From Eledone cirrhosa (lineage: Eukaryota): a stretch of 64,000 nt of DNA. Of this stretch, positions 25,836 through 39,192 are shown piece by piece (the first letter of the stretch is position 1; every line of letters begins with the position of its first letter). The stretch is from positions 11,098,001 to 11,162,000 of the forward strand of contig OZ024749.1 of NCBI GenBank assembly GCA_964016885.1, in the 5' to 3' direction. The notes beneath the pieces are model-generated. The model worked only from the letters and a program-made list of their open reading frames with translations, made no database searches and had not been told where the DNA came from. The translations under genes and the position numbers were made by a program.

Positions 25836-26394
25836 TAAAAGGGTGTTTAACTCCAACACGCTCCAGTATTTTAATCCTTATATATATATATATATATATA
25901 TATTGTAAAAATATTGATGTAATTCAATTCAAGAACTCCAAATGCATTTTCCTCACAGGAGTGACGGAGTATTTTTAGAATAAGGAAATACAAAGTTTAG
26001 ATGATAAAGTCCTTTATTGATAAGGCCATAATATATATTTGTAGGACGACATTGACTAGGCAATTCAGAGTAGAAGTCACTGCCATGGTCTATTCAGACA
26101 GTGTCTTACATAATAAAGTTACAATCAAGGAGATAATCCAAAATCAAGGGAACGGACAAACAGCGATGTTCACGAATCAAATGCCCGTCCCCCTGTGAGC
26201 TTCAATTCATGCCAACAGGTCTACGCATGCGTAAAAGTAGGATATATAGCTGGTTACTATTGTAAACCGTAGCAAATTATCTTAGGGATGATCATCCCCC
26301 TCCAATGCTTATAGTAGTAGGGTGCCACTCAGCCAAACACGAATCCAGCCAATATTGTTCTGGCCAAAGACCAAAATGCTGTGGTAGAGGGATA

Positions 26395-27404
26395 TTATGA
26401 GTCTCAGTCCTGTATCATCGCCTTTGAGAGGTGCAATTGGGCAAGGTCAGTTTTTATCACCTCATCCCAGGTCTTCTTGGGTCTCCCCACTTCATCGACT
26501 TTTAGTGCTCTGCACCTTTTTATGCAGCTGTCAACCTTCATACACATCACATGTCCATACCAACACAACCTCCTCTCCTGCATGCAGCATTAGATTCCTC
26601 TTATGCTTAGTCTCTCTCTGAATTCGTTTATGCTTTGCCATTCATGTATATTACTATTACACATTCATCAGAGCATGCAAGCTTCATTTCTTTCTAATCT
26701 ACCCAAGTCTTCAACACACAACGCCCAGGTCTCACTACCATGTAACTTTGCTGTTCTTATGCACACATCATACAGGTTGCCTTTCATTTTGAGCGAAAAT
26801 CCTTTCGCAGCCAGCAGTGGTAGCAGCTCCCTGAACTTCTTCCATCCCATTCTTACCCTGGTTACTATACTTTCAGAACACCTACCTCCACTGCTAATTT
26901 GGTCACCTAGATAGCAGAAGCCTATCATCATCATCATCATCATTATCATTTTACGTCCGCTTTTCCCTGCTTGCAAGGGTGGGACGGGTCTTATTCAGCA
27001 CAGCATCTCTCCACTCGTCACGGTCCTTCGTCATCTCCACCGTGAGCTTCAATGATCTGAGGTCTGTTCTCATCACCTCCGCCCATGTTTTTCGTGGTCT
27101 ACCTCTACCACGTCTTCCTTCAACTGGCATTTCTTGGCACTTCTTCACCCATCGGTCATCCTCCATGCGCATCACATGTCCATACCACCTTAGTCTCCTC
27201 TCCCGTACACTACATTCTATCCCTCTCAGACACAGTTTCTCTCTCAACACATTTATGCTGGGTCGTTCACGCACATTTTCACTGCACATCCAACGGAGCA
27301 TGCTTGCCTCATTTCTCTCCAGCCGTCGCATATCCTCTGCAGTTGCTGCCCATGTCTCACTACCATGCAGCATCGCGCTCCTCACACAGGCATCATACAA
27401 CCGG

Positions 27405-27447
<43 letters not shown>

Positions 27448-27830
27448 CAAATACATATTCAGGAAACAAGTACCACCAAACTCTGGGAGGGCTCTGTAGG
27501 AACAGTAGACAGCTTCTGCTACCTAGGTGACTGAATTAGCAGTGTGTGTGTTTCTCAGAGCCTTCCCAGAGTTTGGTAGTGTTTGTTTTGTGTGGCCACT
27601 TGCTTCTTACTGTCCCGGTGCAACTACTAAATGTAAAGCCTACATTCTTAACTAAATTTCCTGAGATCCACATCTCTTGTGTACCAATAGTTTGCATTTG
27701 GGGCAGAGGATGGAATTCCTACCTACACCTTTCCTACAAACTGAGCAAGGCCATTTCCCTGAGGGGATCTGGGTTCTGTTTTCTTGTCTACTTACAAGGG
27801 CCTTAGTCTTTGTCAGGTTGACTTTGAGAC
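26395..27830 (-). mobile_element. nested RTE fragments: an older copy interrupted by a young RTE 3' end (26924-27406) and a short inverted piece (27460-27545)
   Basis: intact frame YDACVRSAMLHGSETW...RRLRWYGHVMRM...RGRGRPRKTW with (GAT)n tail, inside a more decayed copy. Confidence 0.88.
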
Positions 27831-27831
27831 G

Positions 27832-28292
27832 CCAACACGCACACACACTCATACATACACACACTCACTCATACACACACACACTCACTCATACACAGAC
27901 ACACGCACCAACATACACACTCACACACACCACACTCTAACACACAACACACACACACCAACATACACACACACAAACCCACAGACACACCAACACATAC
28001 ACTCACCACCACACACACAGATACCAACACACACACACAAAAACATACCAACACACACACACACACACACCAAAAAACTCTCACACACACACACCAAAAC
28101 ACTCTCACACACCAACATACGCACACACCAACACACAGACACACCAACATACGCACACACCAACACACACACACACATACCAACACACACACACACCAAC
28201 ATACGCACACACCAACACACACACTCCAACATACGCACACACCAACACACACACACGCACACTCCAACACACACACACACCAACACACACAC
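27832..28292. repeat. (AC)n-derived repeat
   Basis: direct reading. Confidence 0.9.
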
Positions 28293-28519
28293 AAGCAGTG
28301 AAATGTTCCCATTATGAAATAGAAACTCTACCAATGTTGTGTAATGTGAGAGTTGGAAGGTTGCTATATTAGGAAAGTGAGCTGAAATAGTTCACCATCT
28401 TAGCTTTAGTGGTAGTGGGGTGTGTTGTAGTGGTGGTGGTATTGGTGTGGGAGGAGGGGTTGTGTGTAAGGGAGGGGTGTGGTGGTGGTTGTGTGCTCTG
28501 ATGATGGGTTTGAATAGTT

Positions 28520-28870
28520 TTTTTACGATCCTCCAGTTCAGCAGCCAGTACGTTAAAGAAAATTGATAGTTACAACAATAAAGGCTGAACAGAGAACAAA
28601 TTTTTTAACAAACTTTACAATAATTTGTACAACCATAATGGAAATTCCAAGTAACAGAAAATACATAAATTACATTGTTAGAGCCTCAGAGTATACAATA
28701 TTTTTTGTTCGGCCCTCGGGAGTAAAGATGAAGAGATTGTTTGGCGAGCTCACCCTAGAGCATCCTACATACAATTGACCACGGGAGAAGCATGGTTTTC
28801 CCAGATGAAGGCCAGCCACTTTTAGGGTTTGACCCTGAGCTTTGTTGATGCTAATCGCGAAGCTTAGTAT
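28520..28870 (-). mobile_element. Helitron RepHel C-terminal fragment (Pif1-like helicase motifs V/VI)
   Basis: FAISINKAQGQTL..AGL.L..PCFSRGQLYVGCSRV...TKNIVYSEAL*. Confidence 0.85.
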
Positions 28871-29039
28871 CTCTGTTGCTCTAGTAACATTTTTTCTTCT
28901 GGAAAATCTGATCTTGCGGCCAGGCTGAGACTTTTTGGGTGGCATATCGGCAGTAACAATGATGATAAGCTATCTGTGCTTTCATGAAATAAATACGTTT
29001 GTTTATATTTTGTTTTTGTGTATGCAAAAATATCTGTAT

Positions 29040-29470
29040 ACGATGTTGCATGGTAGTGAGACCTGGGCGCTGAAGGTGGAAGACTTACGTAGATTAGAGA
29101 GAAACGAAGCCTGCATGCTCCGATGGATGTGTAACAGTAATATACGTGAACGACAAAGCATAAATGAATTGAGAGAGAGACTGAGCATAAGAGGAATCAA
29201 ATGCTGCGTGCAGGAGAGGCGGTTACGCTGGTATGGACATGTGATGCGTATGAAGGATGACAGCTGCATAAAAAGGTGCAGAGCACTAGAAGTTGATGGA
29301 AACCGCGGAGTGGGGAGACCCAAGATGACTTGGGATGAGGTGATAAAAGCCGACCTTACCCAACTACACCTCTCAAAGTCAATGACACACGACCGTGACT
29401 TCTGGCGTCACGCAGTAATACAGGGTACCCGACCTCCCATGGGTACATGCTGAAGCATATAAACGATATG
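29040..29470 (+). mobile_element. RTE LINE 3' fragment
   Basis: MLHGSETWAL...ERRLRWYGHVMRM...GRPKMTW. Confidence 0.9.
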
Positions 29471-29484
29471 CCCCCCCCCCCCCA

Positions 29485-29760
29485 CCGCAAGGTGGTCGTG
29501 GAGGTGCCACGGCAAAACAGCACCCAGCCCACACTGTAAAGTGGACGTGTAGGCGCCACGAAAAAGCACCCAGCACTCACTGTAAATGAGGTTGGTGTTA
29601 GGAAGGGCATCCAGCTGTAGAAATCAAGCCAGATCAGTTCCTGTATGAGCAAGGCATGGTCAGCCGACCAGACACTGCCCACAACAGGACAACCCGTCTA
29701 ACCCATGCTAGCGTGGAAGAACGGACGTAAAACGGTGATGATGATGATGATGATGATGAT
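29485..29760 (+). mobile_element. 5'-truncated SINE family A (similar pieces at 10090-10295 -, 17578-17830 -, 42156-42322 +)
   Basis: GTTGGTGTTAGGAAGGGCATCCAGCTGTAGAAA body and (GAT)n tail. Confidence 0.85.
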
Positions 29761-30384
29761 AAATATATATATATAAATATTAAAATAACAGATTAAAGTT
29801 TAAGAAAAGAATCACTGCTTTCACCCTTAACGGGATCTTCTGAAACTAAAAAAATCAATCTGTGAACGCAGAAGTAAATATTTCGAAAAACGTTGCAACT
29901 GAAGGAAGACAGGAAGACGATACTTTGGTTCGTGAAGACGTTCCCTGGCAATGAACGGAAAAAAGCGAAGATAATACATCAGCAATGAGAACAATATTTG
30001 CTCTAGGGTTCTTATATATTTGATATATATTTATCCTTATCGAGCCCTCTTTGAATTTTAGTCTTCACATTTATTATTATTACTAATTAAATATATATAA
30101 TTAATTATTGAGAGGGCGTGCGGTATCTTTGTACTGAATTAATTAGAAGTTGGTTCGAAGCGAAGTCAATGCAGACAGGCAGCCAGACAGACAGATATTA
30201 TAAGCGTGCAACGTTATATCTATGTATCTAATGTAGACTGCTACCCAGGGGACTGAATTAGCAGTGGAGGTAGGTGTTCTGAAAGTACAGTAACCAGGGT
30301 AAGAACGGGATGGAAGATGACAAAATATACAACGATAAGCATAAATCATCGACATAGTAAAATACAAAAAGGACATTTGTAATA

Positions 30385-30615
30385 TAATAATAATAATGAA
30401 AATTATTGTGCACAGTGTTCAGGTGCACTACAACTCATCAAGGGTGCATGTATAGTACATAGAATAATGTACAAATGTCAGGAAAGTGCACAGTGTATGA
30501 GTCATGATATACATGTGTGCATGTGTATGGAGGGGGAATATCAGGTGTAGTGTTGACGAATTTCAGGAAGCATGAAGGTTTTAAAGGATGCAGTGTCCTG
30601 GCAGCTAACAACTGA
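30385..30615 (-). mobile_element. CR1-like LINE 3' end
   Basis: reverse complement of 44858-45090. Confidence 0.8.
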
Positions 30616-30699
30616 AACACTTAGTTTTCTTTGAAAAACTTTATTCGTAAAATTTCGTTTGAAATCATTACTGATGTTCTTCCATAAACCTACCTTTGT

Positions 30700-30951
30700 G
30701 GTGGCTGAGAGATGTCTACTCTTGAAATGGATATAACTTTGATTATGTAAAATCTCCCCTGGTGGCTGAGAGATGTCTTCTCTTGTGGAAATGGATATAA
30801 CTTTGATTATGTAAAATCTCCCCTGGTGGCTGAGAGATGTCTTCTCTTGTGGAAATGGATATAACTTTGATTATGTAAAATCTCCCCTGGTGGCTGAGAG
30901 ATGTCTTCTCTTGTGGAAATGGATATAACTTTGATTATGTAAAATCTCCCC
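30700..30951. repeat. ~64-bp tandem repeat x4
   Basis: GGTGGCTGAGAGATGTCTTCTCTTGTGGAAATGGATATAACTTTGATTATGTAAAATCTCCCCT. Confidence 0.9.
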
Positions 30952-31091
30952 CATTTTGCCTCATTTCTCCCCGTTTTGAGGAACTTTTTTTCATGGTACT
31001 CCCTGTTTGGGTTTTTAGAGGTTGGCAGGCCTGTATCTATCTATATATATATATAGAAAGGAGGTCAATTATGTGTACAAACATTGAAAAA

Positions 31092-31138
31092 TGCTCCGAA
31101 GACTCCAAGCCTCGGTTTGGATGAAACAATTGTAAGTG
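31092..31138 (+). ncRNA. decayed minimal hammerhead motif
   Basis: TGCT CCGAAGA CTCCAAGC-CTCG-GTTTGGAT GAAA CAATTG TA AGTG then AATAAA; U4->C core change; palindromic ACAATTGT stem III. Confidence 0.55.
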
Positions 31139-31664
31139 AATAAATGCTTTGAACATAGCTTTGATTCTTGTGAATTCTATATAACTGCTCTGTAGAACAA
31201 CTGATGTTATTACATTGAGCTATTTATCTTACTGGCAATAGGGTAGTAATAAATTACTGACCTTCACTGTTTAGGGTTTAAAATATATATAACTATAAAA
31301 AGTTTTAATATATACATAACCATAAAGTGGCTGTGTAGCTGTCACAAAAAAAAGCAGCCAGGACACAGTGTAAATGTGGTTGGTGTTAGGAAGGACTGTG
31401 ACCTCTGGTGCTATGAAGTATTACAGAAGACCCCACCCTCTTATATGCTTGGACTGAGGCATATATCTAGTAAGCAACACCTTCCCCTACCATCTCCCTC
31501 GCTGTAATCATCCCAAGCATCTTCCTCACCCCTCCCAAGTTTTCAACCCCCTCAATAAAGTGATCCCTTCCTGGGGCCATGACAAGAGCACCCAGTCCAC
31601 ACTATATGACAACAGAGAGGAGGAAGAGGTCTCATAAGATATAAAAATAAAATTACAAACTGAG

Positions 31665-32039
31665 TGTTGTTGTTGTTGTTGTTGTTGTATTGTGTTGTTT
31701 TATTGTTGTTGTTGTTGTCGTTTTATTGTGTTGTTTTATTGTTGTTGTTGTTTTTGTTGTGATGTTATTGTATTGTTGTTTTGTTGTTGTTGTTGTTGTC
31801 GTTTTATTGTGTTGTTGTTTTTGTTGTGATGTTATTGTATTGTTGTTTTGTTGTTGTTGTTGTTGTCGTTTTATTGTGTTGTTGTTTTTGTTGTGATGTT
31901 ATTGTATTGTTGTTTTGTTGTTGTTGTTGTCGTTTTATTGTGTTGTTTTATTGTTGTTGTTGTCGTTTTATTGTGTTGTTTTATTGTTGTTGTTGTTTTT
32001 GTTGTGATGTTATTGTATTGTTGTTTTGTTGTTGTTTTG
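31665..32039. repeat. (GTT)n-derived compound repeat
   Basis: direct reading. Confidence 0.9.
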
Positions 32040-32107
32040 AAAGATCTGGTTTAATGTTACGCCATCTCTAAAGTGTCTTTGATTCCATTTGCTACTAAAC
32101 TGACGTT

Positions 32108-35100
32108 TGTGTGTGTCAGTGAGTGTCGGTATATGTGTATGTATGTGTCTGTAGTATGTATGTATGTGTCAGTGAGTGTTGGTATATGTGTGTGTATGTG
32201 TCTGTACATGTATGTATGTATGTGTCAGTGAGTGTCGGTATATGTGTGTGTATGTGTCTGTACATGTATGTATGTATGTGTCAGTGAGTGTTTGTATGTG
32301 TATGTGTCTGTACATGTATGTATGTGTCCGTGAGTGTTGGTATATGTGTGTGTATGTGTCTGTACATGTATGTATGTATGTGTCAGTGAGTGTTGGTATA
32401 TGTGTGTGTATGTGTCTGTACATGTATGTATGTATGTGTCTGTGAGTGTTGGTATATGTGTGTGTATGTGTCTGTACATGTATGTATCTATGTATCTGTG
32501 AGTGTCGGTATATGTGTGTGTATGTGTCTGTACATGTATGTATGTGTCTGTGAGTGTCGGTATATGTGTGTGTATGTGTCTGTACATGTATGTATGTATG
32601 TGTCTGTGAGTGTCGGTATATGTGTGTGTATGTGTCTGTACATGTATGTATGTGTCTGTGAGTGTTGGTATATGTGTGTGTATGTGTCTGTACATGTATG
32701 TATGTATGTGTCTGTGAGTGTTGGTATATGTGTGTGTATGTGTCTGTACATGTATGTATGTGTCTGTGAGTGTCGGTATATGTGTGTGCATGTGTCTGTA
32801 CATGTATGTATGTGTCTGTGAGTGTTGGTACATGTGTGTGTATGTGTCTGTACATGTATGTATGTATGTATGTATGTGTCTGTGAGTGTTGGTATATGTG
32901 TGTGTATGTGTCTGTACATGTATGTATGTGTCTGTGAGTGTTGGTATATGTGTGTGTACATGTATGTATGTGTCTGTGAGTGTCGGTATATGTGTGTGTA
33001 TGTGTGTGTATATGTATGTATGTGTCTGTGAGTGTTGGTATATGTGTGTGTATGTGTGTGTACATGTATGTATGTGTCTGTGAGTGTTGGTATATGTGTG
33101 TGTATGTGTGTGTATATGTATGTATGTGTCTGTGAGTGTCGGTATATGCGTGTGTATGTGTCTGTACATGTATGTATGTGTGTGTCTGTGAGTGTTGGTA
33201 TATGTGTGTGTATGTGTCTGTAGTATGTATGTGTATGTGAGTGTTGGTATATGTGTGTATGTGTCTGTAGTATGTATGTGTATGTGAGTGTTGGTATATG
33301 TGTGTGTATGTGTCTGTACATGTATGTATGTGTCAGTGAGTGTCGGTATATGTGTGTGCATGTGTCTGTACATGTATGTATGTGTCTGTGAGTGTCAGTA
33401 TATGTGTGTGTATGTGTCTGTACATGTATGTATGTGTCTGTGAGTGTTGGTATATGTGTGTGTACATGTATGTATGTGTCTGTGAGTGTTGGTATATGTG
33501 TGTGTATGTGTGTGTATATGTATGTATGTGTCTGTGAGTGTCGGTATATGCGTGTGTATGTGTCTGTACATGTATGTATGTGTGTGTCTGTGAGTGTAGG
33601 TATATGTGTGTGTATGTGTCTGTAGTATGTATGTGTATGTGAGTGTTGGTATATGTGTGTGTATGTGTCTGTACATGTATGTATGTGTCAGTGAGTGTCG
33701 GTATATGTGTGTGCATGTGTCTGTACATGTATGTATGTGTCTGTGAGTGTCAGTATATGTGTGTGTATGTGTCTGTACATGTATGTATGTGTCTGTGAGT
33801 GTTGGTATATGTGTGTGTATGTGTGTGTACATGTATGTATGTGTCTGTGAGTGTTGGTATATGTGTGTGTATGTGTGTGTATATGTATGTATGTGTCTGT
33901 GAGTGTCGGTATATGCGTGTGTATGTGTCTGTACATGTATGTATGTGTGTGTCTGTGAGTGTTGGTATATGTGTGTGTATGTGTCTGTAGTATGTATGTG
34001 TATGTGAGTGTTGGTATATGTGTGTGTATGTGTCTGTACATGTATGTATGTGTCTGTGAGTGTTGGTATATGTGTGTGTATGTGTCTGTACATGTATGTA
34101 TGTGTCTGTGAGTGTTGGTATATGTGTGTACATGTATGTATGTGTCTGTGAGTGTTGGTATATGTGTGTGTATGTGTGTGTACATGTATGTATGTGTCTG
34201 TGAGTGTTGGTATATGTGTGTGTATGTGTCTGTACATGTATGTATGTGTCTGTGAGTGTTGGTATATGTGTGTGTATGTGTCTGTACAGGTATGTATGTA
34301 TGTGTCTGTGAGTGTTGGTACATGTGTGTGTATGTGTCTGTAGTATGTATGTATGTGTCTGTGAGTGTCGGTATATGTGTGTGTATGTGTGTGTACATGT
34401 ATGTATGTGTCAGTGAGTGTTGGTATATGTGTGTATGTGTCTGTACATGTATGTATGTATGTGTCAGTGAGTGTCGGTATATGTGTGTGTATGTGTCTGT
34501 ACATGTATGTATGTGTCTGTGAGTGTTGGTATATGTGTGTGTATGTGTCTGTACATGTATGTATGTGTCTGTGAGTGTTGGTATATGTGTGTGTATGTGT
34601 CTGTACATGTATGTATGTATGTGTCAGTGAGTGTCGGTATATGTGTGTGTATGTGTCTGTACATGTATGTATGTATGTGTCAGTATATGTGTGTGTATGT
34701 GTCTGTACATGTATGTATGTGTCTGTGAGTGTTGGTATATGTGTGTGTATGTGTCTGTACATGTATGTGTCTGTGAGTGTTGGTATATGTGTGTGTATGT
34801 GTCTGTACATGTATGTATGTGTCAGTGAGTGTCGGTATATGTGTGTGTATGTGTCTGTACATGTATGTATGTGTCTGTGAGTGTTGGTATATGTGTGTGT
34901 ATGTGTCTGTACATGTATGTATGTATGTGTCAGTGAGTGTTGGTATATGTGTGTGTGTGTGTTTGTACATGTATGTATGTATGTGTCTGTGAGTGTTGGT
35001 ATATGTGTGTGTATGTGTCTGTAGTATGTATATATGTGTCTGTGAGTGTTGGTATATGTGTGTGTATGTGTCTGTACATGTATGTATGTGTCTGTGAGTG

Positions 35101-37421
35101 TTGGTATATGTGTGTGTATGTGTCTGTACATGTATGTATGTATGTGTCTGTGAGTGTCGGTATATGTGTGTGTATGTGTCTGTGAGTGTTGGTACATGTG
35201 TGTGTATGTGTCTGTACATGTATGTATGTATGTATGTGTCTGTGAGTGTTGGTACATGTGTGTGTATGTGTCTGTACATGTATGTATGTATGTATGTGTC
35301 AGTGAGTGTCGGTATATGTGTGTGTATGTGTCTGTACATGTATGTATGTGTCTGTGAGTGTTGGTATATGTGTGTGTATGTGTCTGTACATGTATGTATG
35401 TATGTATGTATGTGTCTGTGAGTGTCGGTATATGTATGTGTATGTGTGTGTACATGTATGTATGTGTCTGTGAGTGTTGGTATATGTGTGTGTATGTGTG
35501 TGTATGTGTCTGTGAGTGTCGGTATATGTGTGTGTATGTGTCTGTACATGTATGTATGAATGTGTCTGTGAGTGTGTCTGTACATGTATGTATGTGTCTG
35601 TGAGTGTCGGCATATGTGTGTGTATGTGTCTGTACATGTATGTATGTGTGTGTCTGTGAGTGTTGGTATATGTGTGTGTATGTGTCTGTAGTATGTATGT
35701 ATGTATGTGTATGTGAGTGTTGGTATATGTGTGTGTATGTGTCTGTACATGTATGTATGTGTCTGTGAGTGTTGGTATATGTGTGTGTATGTGTCTGTAC
35801 ATGTATGTATGTGTCTGTGAGTGTTGGTATATGTGTGTGTATGTGTGTGTACATGTATGTATGTGTCTGTGAGTGTTGGTATATGTGTGTGTATGTGTCT
35901 GTACATGTATGTATGTGTCTGTGAGTGTTGGTATATGTGTGTGTATGTGTGTGTACATGTCTGTATGTGTCAGTGAGTGTCGGTATATGTGTGTGTATGT
36001 GTCTGTACATGTATGTATGTATGTGTCAGTGAGTGTCGGTATATGTGTGTGTATGTGTCTGTACATGTATGTATGTGTCTGTGAGTGTTGGTATATGTGT
36101 GTGTATGTGTCTGTACATGTATGTATGTATGTGTCAGTGAGTGTCGGTATATGTGTGTGTCTGTGTCTGTGAGTGTTGGTATATGTGTGTGTATGTGTCT
36201 GTACATGTATGTATGTGTCTGTGAGTGTTGGTATATGTGTGTGTATGTGTCTGTACATGTATGTATGTGTCAGTGAGTGTCGGTATATGTGTGTGTATGT
36301 GTCTGTACATGTATGTATGTGTCTGTGAGTGTTGGTATATGTGTGTGTATGTGTCTGTACATGTATGTATGTATGTGTCAGTGAGTGTCGGTATATGTGT
36401 GTGTCTGTGTCTGTACATGTATGTATGTGTCTGTGAGTGTTGGTATATGTGTGTGTATGTGTCTGTACATGTATGTATGTGTCTGTGAGTGTTGGTATAT
36501 GTGTGTGTATGTGTCTGTACATGTATGTATGTGTCAGTGAGTGTCGGTATATGTGTGTGTATGTGTCTGTACATGTATGTATGTGTCTGTGAGTGTTGGT
36601 ATATGTGTGTGTATGTGTCTGTACATGTATGTAATATATGTGTCAGTGAGTGTTGGTATATGTGTGTGTGTGTGTTTGTACATGTATGTATGTATGTGTC
36701 TGTGAGTGTTGGTATATGTGTGTGTATGTGTCTGTAGTATGTATGTGTCTGTGAGTGTTGGTATATGTGTGTGTATGTGTCTGTACATGTATGTATGTGT
36801 CTGTGAGTGTTGGTATATGTGTGTGTATGTGTCTGTACATGTATGTATGTGTCTGTGAGTGTCGGTATATGTGTGTGTATGTGTCTGTACATGTATGTAT
36901 GTGTCTGTGAGTGTTGGTATATGTGTGTGTATGTGTCTGTACATGTATGTATGTGTCTGTGAGTGTCGGTATATGTGTGTGTATGTGTCTGTACATGTAT
37001 GTATGTGTCTGTGAGTGTCGGTATATGTGTGTGTATGTGTCTGTACATGTATGTATGTGTCTGTGAGTGTCGGTATATGTGTGTGTATGTGTCTGTACAT
37101 GTATGTATGTGTCTGTGAGTGTTGGTATATGTGTGTGTATGTGTCTGTACATGTATGTATGTGTCTGTGAGTGTCGGTATATGTGTGTGTACGTGTATGT
37201 ATGTGTCTGTGAGTGTCGGTATATGTGTGTGTATGTGTCTGTACATGTATGTATGTGTCAGTGAGTGTCGGTATATGTGTGTGTATGTGTCTGTAGTATG
37301 TATGTATGTGTCAGTGAGTGTCGGTATATGTGTGTGTATGTGTCTGTAGTATCTATGTATGTGTCTGTGAGTGTCAGTATATGTGTGTGTATGTGTCTGT
37401 AGTATGTATGTGTATATGTGT
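32108..37421. repeat. 5.3-kb satellite, ~52/56-bp TG/TATG-rich unit
   Basis: unit GTGAGTGTYGGTATATGTGTGTGTATGTGTCTGTACATGTATGTATGTGTCW. Confidence 0.95.
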
Positions 37422-37642
37422 TCCTCCCTTACTAAACAACAACTGCTATTACATCAGTGTCAACTAATATTAACTTTACTAACCAACCGTTATCCTACTC
37501 TCGTTACACTTTCCAGTTTTGAATTTGAAGAGCAAATCTCACATTCTATAATAAATCTGTTATTGTCTTTTTTGTTTGTTTTTGATATTTTGGGTGGATT
37601 TTTGGTTTGTTTCATTTCACTGAGTTCTTTCCTTGGTTTCAG

Positions 37643-37807
37643 ATGGCAGTATTTTGGGTCAGTTCATGGACCAATCAGAATTTTTCCCGGTCGAGAATGG
37701 GGCATCAATTTTGCAGGTTTTTACAATGATTATGATCCGAGAACACGACCGTGGTATATAGCAGCCACTAGTGGCCCCAAAGATGTTGTCATCGTCATTG
37801 ATTGCAG
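37643..37807 (+). CDS. alpha2delta-family exon 2 (dCache N-half and start of VWA)
   Basis: ggtttcAG|...TGCAG|GTgaa; WQYFGSVHGPIRIFPGREWGINFAGFYNDYDPRTRPWYIAATSGPKDVVIVIDC(S); phase 2/2. Confidence 0.95.
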
Positions 37808-39192
37808 GTGAAAAGATTTTTTTTTAAGCTCTTTTTTTTCACCGTATTTATCATAAGAATCCATTCCATTTGATACTTCTGTATGAAGTAAGATGTTATA
37901 TCATAGTGAAACATGGGTAGTGATTGGGTAAAATAAGTTATTAACCCTTTTGTGACCATATTCCTAATAAAAAACACACTATTTTAATTAATTAATAAGA
38001 ATGTTGAGGTATTTACTAAACTTATTAATTACTTCATTATTATGATAGTAACTTAACATGATTTTTATATAAATTTATGTTGGAAGATTTCAATTTAAAT
38101 AGGAACGCTTTAACCCTTTTGTGACTATATTTCAAATGAAATACACTCTATTTTAATTAATTAATGAAGAATTTTAAGAGATTTACTAATATTATTAATT
38201 ATTTTATTACTAGGATAATAAGTTAACATGGTTTTTATATAAAATTATGTTGAAAGATTTTAATTTAAGTAGGAACCCTTTAAATTGGATGGTTTTGATT
38301 GATAGAACCATAGCTGCTTCTGGCCAGGTTGCTATCAAAATGATTAACCTTGATGCTAGATATTTTAAGTGAAATATTTTAGATAACCAATTAACAAATT
38401 GTTTTTGTGGTTAAAATTTCTAATATAAAGAGTATGGATTAATTCCTTGACTCCCTGAGTTTACCACAGCTATTACACCAATGTATGAAGACTCATGACT
38501 TAGTAAGTAGGGTGATAATCTCATGATTGTAAGGTGATGAGTTCAATTCCCTGACTTAGGTGGTATGTTGTATCCTTGAAAAAAGCACTACAGCTGTGTA
38601 CCACCACATGCAACAGCTGATGTGTAATTTGGGAAATATACTTTTGTCAGCTAATGCTACAGAGATAAAATAATTATAATTCTACTTTTTTCAAAATGAA
38701 ATGAATACTTCCTTTTACAATAAAAAAGTATTTATTAAATTAAAATAGAATTAAATAAAACACATTTCTCATTTAAATATTAGTTATAAATACTAGCAGA
38801 AAAACCACCCTTCGGGTGGTTTTCTGCTAGCATGTGTAGTGTGTATATTGATATTATACACAAGTATATATACATGTAGATATGATACATCAAATAAAAT
38901 CGTAATTGACAATATAAACAGAAATTGAATGAAGACTGTTACACTGTCTTATGTAATCAGTAACGTAATCCATGATACATTAAAAAAAGACGATATTATA
39001 TATAAACTGCATTAGGAGAAAATTAGTGACAGAAATATATGATTGTTTATTTAAACGATTGCTAACGGGAAGTGCTGACATTTAAACATTTTAAAGAAGT
39101 GAATCCTTAAATAAGTAATAAAATATATTTAATAAACAACCACGAAATTTAGTAGATCAATTATGTAATATGCATTCATTATTTATTCAAAG

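Noticed and set aside
25940-26390. Possible extra exon after ttttcctcacAG, and short palindromes
   Set aside because: Early stops; exons 1 and 2 already join into the conserved DPLLRWQYFGS motif
32169-37349. His/Thr/Tyr and Val/Cys ORFs (likewise 812-2668, 9603-11086, 27784-28334)
   Set aside because: Microsatellite/satellite translations
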